Positions 55,222 to 64,000 of a stretch of DNA of 64,000 bases are shown here, piece after piece. Positions within the stretch are counted from its first letter, which is position 1. Each line of letters begins with the position of its first letter. Source of the DNA: Paraspadella gotoi (Eukaryota; Animalia; Chaetognatha); assembly GCA_051294375.1 (NCBI GenBank), contig CM119263.1, positions 21,622,494 to 21,686,493 of the forward strand. The letters are read 5' to 3'. The position numbers and the translations under genes were made by a program. The notes below the pieces were generated by a model. The model searched no databases. It was given only the letters and a program-made list of their open reading frames with translations, and had not been told where the DNA came from.

Positions 55222-56328
55222 CAGTTCAAAAATCTTTACATTGTGCAATTTATAACAATAATAAAGTTTTAAACTGATGAATATCGATGTCAAAACTGAA
55301 CTCAAACTGTCTCTAATTCTCTCAAACAACGAAAAGAAAGGATTATATCACAATATTTATTTATAAATAGGAAAGGCAAAAATTTTTTAATAAAATTTCA
55401 AAGACAAAATTCAAATAGCTCATAAAAAGTTGTCTGCACAAAGAATAATTATTTTAAATATTCTAAATATTTTAAATATTTTTATGTTAAGTAGGTCAAA
55501 AATAATAAAAACCGTATAAAATCATCATTATCATCATCTTTAGATGATTTTATTTACTGAGAAAACGTAAGAATTTTTAAAAGCTGTATTTATATTTCTC
55601 GTTTAACTTTTTATAGAATTCAGAATCCATCAAAATTGTTTTATCTCTATATAGTAGAAAGCATTTTTTATAAAAAATATTTTAATACTATAATCTAAGC
55701 TTATGATAGATTATTTTAACGCTGTATTCATTAGCATTTAAATTTCATTGGCAATGGCTACACTAACGTTCTCTTTTGCCTTAAGAGATGAGAGGTAAGG
55801 ACTCGAGCCAAGACGAAGAAGGAAGCAATTGAAAATAAAGTCTCCATCTCTTTCCTTTCCCAACTCCCTTCCATAAGAGTCAAAGACAATGACGACTGTG
55901 AGTTGGAGCTGGATGAGCTGGATGAGCTGGATGAGCTGGATGAGCTGGAGGTGTTGATGATTATCGAATTATCGGTTATCGAGAAAAGAGCGTTTAAGGC
56001 CAAGTATATTTTAGTTAGGAATTTTTATTTTAATTTTAATTTTAATTTTAATTTTAAACAGAAGCACGTAAACCTGAACTCAGACAAAAGCGAGGAAAAT
56101 CTTCCCGAGAACAGGCTGACCAATGACCATGAATCCAAAGACAGCGTCTCTGGAGAAATGATCGTTCATAGGATATGCTTGCTTTAAAAAAGCGCATTGG
56201 GATTTCCCTAGCGACGAGATAAACAAATCCGCGTCCCTTGCGCTGCGGGAGGTGAGAGGCTGCGGAAGACTGCAAGAAGATAATAGAGCGCTAGTGATAA
56301 AAGAGTGATTAGAAGATATTATCTATAC

Positions 56329-56442
56329 TAGGGGCGGCGAGAGAAATGGCGGGGCCCCTCCACTGGCCCCCAGGTCGCCCCCCCCCCGCTTTCTATAATT
56401 TGAGATTTTAGTTTTTTAGTGTCCCCCCACTCGCCGCCCCTG
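56329..56442. mobile_element. 114-bp GC-rich hAT-type MITE
   Basis: TIR taggggcggcgag / ctcgccgcccctg; TSD atctatac / atctagac (7 of 8). Confidence 0.75.
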
Positions 56443-56878
56443 ATCTAGACTAAATATAAATGATGGTACATACATATACTCTATATGCCATATGTGTTAT
56501 ACGGCAGTGACATCCACGTCGACAATCTTTAAACATCATCCATGGAACTTTTTTTTGCCATGGAGAAATTTAACTTTGGTTTCTTTCAAAAGTGCAAAGA
56601 TTTATCATATTTAAATCTAAATCTAGGCTTATTAAAATTTAGTCCGAAGTATAGTCTCTGCAAAATTACCTAATGGTTATACTAAAAAAACCGTAATATT
56701 GAACTACATTAAGGGAAGATTTTATGGTCAACTCCTTACTCATTCATCCAGCTATTTAATAGTTTACTCGTTATAATTAAAGGTTTGAATCTGCTCATCC
56801 GCATATCGTGTCGAATTTATTTGTTGTCTACTGGTTAAAAACCAAAAAACTAAAAACCAAAATAACAATACAGAACTA

Positions 56879-56942
<64 letters not shown>

Positions 56943-57071
56943 ATTAAGTGGAGACCTAATGAAATTTGCATGCGTGACGGCTAAAAATAGTTCCTTTGCT
57001 GTGGTTCATAGCCGCAAAGAGGTTAGGGGGGCGCGTCGGTAGATAATTCCCACTTCCGCGGGCCAAAGGGA

Positions 57072-57138
57072 TATAAATATATTGGGATCGTGCTGAGATT
57101 CCAAGCCGAAGAGTCTAGATTCTCGCGAGAAGGTAAGT
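57072..57138 (+). promoter_or_regulatory. Candidate trunk promoter and short non-coding first exon
   Basis: TATAAAT at 57072, AAG|GTAAGT donor at 57133, and a (CT)n-CCAG acceptor at 57560; inference only. Confidence 0.4.
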
Positions 57139-57435
57139 AAGATATGGTTAGTAAGGTAAGTGGACATGAACTATTTTTATTGTATTAAAGGATCATAAAC
57201 TTTTCTCTCATATACATGTCTATTCTGTCAAGTTTTAAATATACACGAAATAACAAATATCCCTGCATTGTTGTAAACGTGAGAGAGAATGAACCAAGAT
57301 TTTTGAACATAATTCTACGAATCTAAGTGATTCCATGACTCTATGACTACCTATTTGAACGAAGACGAGCCTCTTTTTCTTGTTACAACTTTTGAGCGTT
57401 AAAAGCATAAAAACAGGTGAAACGGAAAGCAGTCG

Positions 57436-57490
<55 letters not shown>

Positions 57491-57509
57491 TTTTCTCTCT
57501 CTCTCTCTT

Positions 57510-57559
<50 letters not shown>

Positions 57560-58018
57560 GATAAATCGCAAAAAGATTGAACCGCAGCGCCAGATTTTTT
57601 TTAGGCCACGCAGCAGAGCGATAAAAATCCGTTACGAGAAATACCTGCTCTCTCAAGAACAATAACTTTGAAGACGACGACGACAGGGACGACGAAAACG
57701 AGGCCGAAAAAACGACGATGACCCTGACGACGACGACGACAAATTTATTGGTCGCCGTTTTACGGTTCACATGTCCGAGAGACCATGGTAGGTCGTGAAG
57801 CCCCCATTTTCTTTTCTTCCTCTTCCTCATCCTCCTCCTCTTCCTCGTCCCCCTTGTCCCCAGACCCTCGGCCACGGGGTCGATTGTCGGCGAAGAACAA
57901 AGGCCGAACTCACTTCTTCTTCTCTTTCTTCTTTTCTTTTTTTTTCTCTTTTCTTTTTTTCTTCTCTTCGCTTTGACTTTTATTTCGGCGAAAACAGATG
58001 CATTTCGATCGTCGTCGT

Positions 58019-58050
<32 letters not shown>

Positions 58051-58080
58051 GTCAGCTGCAAAACCTTTTCATCCATCGCC

Positions 58081-58170
<90 letters not shown>

Positions 58171-58837
58171 AGATTCACATTTCCTTTTTTCTTCTGGCGA
58201 CTTCGGCTCGACGAACCTAGCTCCAAGTCACGTGACTTTATGGTTTTTTTCCTTCCCTGATAACTGAAACGAACAAACACTAAAAAACATCCATAAAAAT
58301 TAATAATTATAACAATTATAACGAAAGAAAACTAATAGGCAAGGCAATAAGTCGTCGCCACTCGAAAACGCGAAACGAAATTGTTTTAAAAAAAAAAAAA
58401 GGAAAATAAACCATTTTCTCAGTGAAAAAAGGAATTACTTCTCTTTTCCTTCTTTTCCTTCTCACGCCCTCCTTTCCTTTTTTTCACGTGAGACGCCATT
58501 CACATGCAAATCCGTCACGCCCTCTTTCGACGCGCGCGTTGAAAAAGAAAAAACCCTTCGCTCTAAGAACGACGACGACCAATAACGACAACGCCGCGGC
58601 GCGTCCAGAATCTAAGGAGTGGCGCCGTTTATTTTGCGCCAACGCCACCTCATCGAGCGAGATTTGTGTCGCGTGTCACTAAACGTCCGCCTCACGCCCC
58701 CCCACCGACACCTAATCGCCCCCTCTATGGCGCGTGCCTGATTTAAACGTCTCGAATCAAATTAAATGGATTCTCCGACGAATGAAATTAGTAGTAATCG
58801 TTTTCTCCCGCGAGCAAGCGGATTGCATGCGACGCTG

Positions 58838-58919
<82 letters not shown>

Positions 58920-59289
58920 GCTAGTCGTATAAACAATAAAAAAATAAAAGTGGAATAGTCGAGAAAAATCAAAGCGTCTCAAAATTACATACCTTCGATC
59001 AAACTAACCAAATCACATACGGATTCACGCCCGGATCGACGAGAGACGCTCGCTCTCGATGCAAATAAAAAAAACTGAGCAAAAAGTGCGAGAGAGAGAG
59101 TGAGAAAGAGAGAGAAAGACCGAGACGGAAAAATCGGCCAAAGCATTGGCGAAAAACGAAAAATAAAATATTTCGTGGTCACTCGTCAATTACAATAACT
59201 AAATCATTAAAAACGAAGAGAAGAAATATTAAAAAAACAACGAGAAAGGAGCAAGAAAAAAAACTGTTCATTATGTGGATTAAAACGTC

Positions 59290-61143
59290 ATGGTTGCCAC
59301 CAGAGGCGTTCGCATGACAAGGCAGCGAACGACGACGACGACGTTGAAAACGACGGTGATCGATCGCCACGCCATCTTCCGGTTAACGAGGGCGTGGCTC
59401 TGTCTTGCTCTGATCGCCATGGGAAACGTCGGTTCGGACGGACGACGAGGCGTCGGCCGTTGGGGGGTCGCGACTGCCGAAGGTTGGGACCGACACTTGG
59501 AGGCGGAGACGGCGCCGGATCGTCGGAAAGAAGACTTGGAGACGATGCTGAGGCTGTTGACGACCGAATCGAGTGGCGTAGAACGCGAGGACTTAAACTT
59601 TTCCGTCAACTCCTCTAACGCCGCGGCCAATCCTCCGAACGCCTCTAACCACTTTGTATCCTCTCCAGTTTATTCCTTCGCATCCTCCTCAAAATCTCCG
59701 TGGCCATCTTCATCGTCGTCGTCGGCGGCGGCGTCGGCGGCGGCGTCGTCATCTCTCCCATCTCAAGCGCCACCGTTTTCCTCGATGCGTCCCACCGAAT
59801 CTGTCGTCGAGACTGAAGAGAGACGAATCGACCGCTCGGCAAATCCTCCATCTCCCGCCATCCGTAAGTCCGAAGGATCTCCTGACGACCGTTTGTCAGG
59901 ACGGTCGATTTATCGAACCAAATCCCTTCAAAGTTCCATCAAAGCGTTTCCCTCTGGCTCCGACCAATCGGACGCCTTAGGTCCCGCGGCGCCGACCAAT
60001 AACAGAAGACGCGGGGAACCCGCTGCGTCGGCGCTTTCTCGCCCCGGAAGATCTAGGCCAAATCAAGAAGTGTCCTTTGCCGGAATGGACCGACGATCAT
60101 TTGCCGCAAATGACGGACGATCCTCTGCCGAATCGGCGGATAAATCGCGGGACCGTTCCTTCGAACTGGAGGCCTCGGACAAATATTCGTCCACTCGTCC
60201 TCTCCCTCCCCGTCTCATCCAAGAACCTTTCCACCATTCGGATTCGCCCCACGCACTCGAACGTTCCTTTTCGCCGCTCGCCGACCAGCCTCGCCACCAC
60301 CGCCGGCCTCGACACCACAAAAACGCGGGTCTAAAGCCCTTCAAGCTTACCTGCGAACCAACGGCCACCGACCTGCTGCGGAAGTTGATGGGCGGCGCCT
60401 TCAATGCGCGCTACATGAGCGTGGAACGACCGGAAGTTGCCGAGGAACCCGTGGAGACGCAGGCGCAGCTGGCGAAGACTCATGACCGGCTTCTGCTGGC
60501 GGATCAGCCGATCGCGGACGAGAAGGTGGAGCGTCTGCCTTTTCACGTGGGCGAGGGTTACTCGAGAGTGCTGCAGGACGAACCCACCTATCGACTCGTA
60601 TCGCAGCGTCGACTGCGGTTTCGGACGAGGGCGGAAATGCGGCGGAGGGACGAGAAGAGAAGAGGAAATCGATATCGCGAATCTCGATCTCCCGAGTCTC
60701 CTCCCATTTCCTCTCTTTCTCCCTCCGCTTCTCCCTCCCCCTCTCCACTCGACGGCCACACCCAATCCGTCGTCCGCTTCCTCAACTCGATCGAACCTCC
60801 TCGACGAAGACGTCGACGATCCCCGCTCGCTGACGGGGAGGAAAATGAGGAGGAGGAGGAGATCCCTTGGAAATGTGAATCGCGCGTCGTTTGGGAAGAT
60901 CTCGGCGCCAACTATTTCCCGCGCTACTTGAGGACAGTCGAATGTCTCGGGTCCCGCTGCTGGTTCGGACACTTTCGCTGCTCACCCAAAGCCTTCACCG
61001 TGAAGGTGCTCAAACGGCGGAGCGACCAGTGCGTACCTGTCCGGCTTCCCGTCGGTTCGGGCGATGACGTGCAGGTCAAGTACGAGGAGGAATGGGTCTT
61101 CGAGGAGAGAAGCATCACCTTTTGCTGCGAGTGCGTGCAGTGA
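59290..61143 (+). CDS. trk: Trunk-like secreted cystine-knot ligand (Trunk/PTTH/Noggin superfamily), 617 aa
   Basis: C-terminus WKCESRVVWEDLGANYFPRYLRTVEC-x4-CWFGHFRCSPKAFTVKVLKRRSDQC...WVFEERSITFCCEC matches the Trunk pattern I recognise; upstream C-x10-MGGAFNARYMS block; hydrophobic signal-like segment near the N-terminus; polybasic RRRRRR site before the knot. Confidence 0.9.
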   Translation: MVATRGVRMTRQRTTTTTLKTTVIDRHAIFRLTRAWLCLALIAMGNVGSDGRRGVGRWGVATAEGWDRHLEAETAPDRRKEDLETMLRLLTTESSGVEREDLNFSVNSSNAAANPPNASNHFVSSPVYSFASSSKSPWPSSSSSSAAASAAASSSLPSQAPPFSSMRPTESVVETEERRIDRSANPPSPAIRKSEGSPDDRLSGRSIYRTKSLQSSIKAFPSGSDQSDALGPAAPTNNRRRGEPAASALSRPGRSRPNQEVSFAGMDRRSFAANDGRSSAESADKSRDRSFELEASDKYSSTRPLPPRLIQEPFHHSDSPHALERSFSPLADQPRHHRRPRHHKNAGLKPFKLTCEPTATDLLRKLMGGAFNARYMSVERPEVAEEPVETQAQLAKTHDRLLLADQPIADEKVERLPFHVGEGYSRVLQDEPTYRLVSQRRLRFRTRAEMRRRDEKRRGNRYRESRSPESPPISSLSPSASPSPSPLDGHTQSVVRFLNSIEPPRRRRRRSPLADGEENEEEEEIPWKCESRVVWEDLGANYFPRYLRTVECLGSRCWFGHFRCSPKAFTVKVLKRRSDQCVPVRLPVGSGDDVQVKYEEEWVFEERSITFCCECVQ

Positions 61144-61387
61144 ACTGGCTGGAGCGGCGGAGAAAGAGCAGCTCCAGATATCCAGAGGGACAAAGTAGAA
61201 AACTCTGTGATTATTTTCTTCAGATAATCGACATAAACATAAACAAGCGCTCGGTTTTTTTTTTGTTTGCAGCAAAGTTCTTAGTAGTGTGTGCATTGGA
61301 TATTTTGGTTATCATTAATTTGCTGTTCGTTTTTAATTTCGTTAGATTTTGAAAACTTTTTATTTCTTTTTTTTCTTATTTGAATGA

Positions 61388-61393
61388 AATAAA
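61388..61393 (+). terminator. Candidate polyadenylation signal of the trunk-like gene
   Basis: AATAAA about 245 nt after the stop, followed by T-rich sequence. Confidence 0.5.
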
Positions 61394-61487
61394 TTCATTT
61401 TTGATTTCAGACAATATAGTATTCCCCGATCTAATACTTAAGGGAGTGGTCTTTTCATACAATTGAAACATTCTTTGAAACAATATA

Positions 61488-62215
61488 CAGAAGGATTCAT
61501 ATTATAAAATGTTGTACCCCTTTTTTGTGACCAGAATCTGTTCCCACCAAACTACCCAATCGAATTTAATCAAATTTTACATTTAGAGTGCTAATGACTA
61601 TATAAATGGAACTACCGAGGCGAATTTTGATATTCAACCCCTGACAAGAGATACAGGGCCCTGAGGCTGGACCCCTGGGGGGCCAAAAAATGCTAAAATT
61701 TTTTTTTTATTTTTCAAATTTTTTTAGTAGCATCAGGTGCATTGACGTTTTAAACATAAGAAAAAAACATTTTAGAACTAAAATTGATAAATTTTCAATA
61801 ATTAAGCATGGTTGAAGATGCATGGTTCATCGTTTTACTTCCAATTTTCCCAAATTATTCCAAATCTGATTTTAACTGCTGATGTTCATGAAGCTAAAAA
61901 TTAAGGTAAATGAATATTTTTAAGATAATAAATACGTTTTTGTGGAAGAGTAAACGTCTGTACAACTGTTTAAAACAAAAATAATTAAAAAATTTAAAAA
62001 AGATTTTTGACCATTTGTGGCCCTCAGGGGCTGCTACCTCAGGACCCCTTATCTCAGCTTAGGGGTGGAATGTAAAAATTCGCCTCGATAGTTCCATTTG
62101 TATCACTACTGGTACTCCGCATGCAAAATTTCATTAAATTCTATTCAGTAGTTTTCTCGGAACGTGTTCTCGTCACAAAAAAAGGGTACCACATTTTATA
62201 ATATGAAGCCTTCTG
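61488..62215. mobile_element. TA-flanked foldback MITE (Tc1/mariner-derived) with long imperfect TIRs
   Basis: TA-cagaaggattcatattataaaatg ... cattttataatatgaagccttctg-TA; inverted similarity extends over 200 bp. Confidence 0.85.
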
Positions 62216-62305
62216 TACCACTTCATTGATAGTGAAGCCAGGTACTCCAGGAGTAAATGAAGGAGACTCTGAGAGCCTGTCCAAAGTAAGGGGCAAGATA
62301 GCTTA

Positions 62306-63252
62306 CAGATCTGCTCAAAAAAAGTTTAATAGTTATGATAAAAGCATTTTATTTAGTTATTTGAAGGAAAATAGTACTTTTTAGGATTCAGTTAGTTAAT
62401 ACGTTGTCAGACCATTATTTGCTTCCAGCACCACCTCCCTGCAATGAGGGAGAGAGTTGTAGGGACTGCACAAATATGAAGGGTTCAGCTCCCCAAATTC
62501 ATTTTTAAATTTTTTAGATTTTGTTGACTGTCATGGCGTTATATTGCAAAATATCCCTTTTCATCCTTGACCAAACATTTTCGATGAAGTTGCAGTCAGG
62601 TGAGTTTCTGGGCCAACTTTGAGTACCTCGATCCCATTTTCCTCATGATATTTTTGAGTGGTTTTAGTATTGTATCCAAGAGCTCTATCCTCAATGAAAA
62701 GCTTCCCATTCACTGTTGAACAACTGGTAACACTTCCTTTTCTCTCCATTTTTTTCCCAACTGGCTTGCAGAAGCCTTACAACCTTGAATTGCGAGACTA
62801 TCCACGTCATCGTTCTCACTCTGTGGACATGCGAGGCCGCCTGCTTCCAACAGCTCGTCCAAGGTGTCCAGTTGCTTCAAATTTGTTGATAACTCTGCAG
62901 ATGGTTGTTAGAGGGAAATAAAAATGCCTGGCGATCCTATATCTTGACAAACCGCCCTTCCAAAGCTCAACTATTGCAGCTTTCCTTTTGGGGATCAGCT
63001 GTTTTGAAGTTTCTACACAAAAAACACAAAAAAACAAAGATGGATTAAAAAAATTTTTTCGCAAAAAAAAAAGGAAATTGTAAGACAAAATTTCGATCCT
63101 TTTTTATTTTAGTACAGCTTCTATAATATTTAGCCTAAAAACCTCGTCTTGGGCTCGGATGAGAAAATATTTGTCTTGGCTTTCAAATGAACCCAAATTT
63201 TAAGCGAGATAGAAGGGGATTCAAAGTTTAAACTTTTTTCTGAGCAGATCTG
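62306..63252 (-). mobile_element. Internally deleted Tc1-like transposon with decayed transposase
   Basis: TA-cagatctgctca...tgagcagatctg-TA; paired-like HTH (KRKAAIVELWKGGLSRYRIARHF...SRRPR) and DDE-region remnant (LFIEDRA...NGIEVL). Confidence 0.88.
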
Positions 63253-63499
63253 TATTTATTAAATGAATGGATAATTTTTTTTATATTGGTTGTATCAATT
63301 TCATTCAAAATATTTCCTATTTTTTTCTGAATTTTTTGTTAACGACCCCATGCTTAGCAATACCGTATTCATGATTCTACATTAGTTCTCACAGATGGCT
63401 AGTTTTCACTAAAATAATTCATTATTCTATCAGTACGGTATTCGCGAAAAGCATTTAGTTTGAAACTTGCATTCTGCTAATCATCATTTTCACAATAAA

Positions 63500-63700
63500 A
63501 ATAAAGCCAACAGCATGTGTGATGCTTGGGATGTGAGGCATCTCCCGACAGCTGGCGCTCAGGGCTTTGGACCTGCAGTGACCACCCCATGTAACTGGCG
63601 TGATTCTGCCGACACCATCACACTTTAACCAGCGTGACCGTGAGGGGATTGAACCTGGAACTCACGGTTGGCGAACGAGTACATAGCTGTACACGTACAG
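63500..63700 (-). mobile_element. tRNA-derived SINE-like repeat
   Basis: Minus-strand B-box GGTTCAATCCC in a GC-richer island; boundaries approximate. Confidence 0.35.
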
Positions 63701-64000
63701 TGTACAAGCCAATGGGACGAGCAGAGCTTCATCAAAATATACGGGAGGAAAATTTAGTATTCGCAACAATAGTTTTCCTCTTCGCAACGGCTGCTCGCTC
63801 TTTTTGCCTTACGAGAGTTTAACTAAAAAAATAGAAACTTAGAAAGCGAACGCGAGCCACTTGTTTTGCCATCTTGCGGTTCAGATGTTTAATATGTTGG
63901 ATACTGATTTTTTTTTAGAACCGATAAATGGTATTAGACTCTCAAGAATCGATTGCGCTCGAAAGTTTCGCCATCTGTGCCTTAAATAAAGTACTATTGA

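Noticed and set aside
59290-61143. Calling this gene noggin or PTTH
   Set aside because: The WxCE..WEDLG.NYFPRYLRTVEC, CWFGH..C.PK.FTVKVL.RR and WxFEE..I.FCCEC pattern fits Trunk better; phylogeny is still needed
59280-61296. Antisense and alternate-frame ORFs over the trunk-like gene
   Set aside because: Shadow frames of a GC-rich coding sequence; no recognisable motifs

Overview
Eukaryotic (bilaterian invertebrate, probably arthropod) draft genomic DNA: AT-rich, dense in (AG)n/(ACG)n/(AAAG)n microsatellites, with four N-gaps. Two well-supported genes: (1) a minus-strand, multi-exon MFS transporter of the monocarboxylate-transporter (SLC16/MCT) family, reconstructed by hand as 10 phase-consistent exons from ~21.7 kb down to 162 and continuing off the left edge, with a ~410-aa N-terminal tail and a candidate 22-nt micro-exon; (2) a plus-strand single-ORF trunk-like (Trunk/PTTH/Noggin cystine-knot) secreted ligand at 59290-61143 with a long Ser-rich pro-region. 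A candidate 81-aa two-exon membrane microprotein gene is nested in an MCT intron. The rest is transposon debris whose structure can be read directly: hAT-type MITEs with 8-bp TSDs (two stacked in one target site), TA-flanked Tc1/mariner elements (one nested, with its empty site in the same window), Penelope-like relics carrying hammerhead-ribozyme cores, DINE/HINE-like elements, tRNA-SINE-like and CR1-like fragments. A ~2.2-kb triplication at 23.7-30.6 kb is probably an assembly artefact. Almost all ORF-track entries are microsatellite or N-gap artefacts. Family assignments are from motif recognition only; no database search was run.
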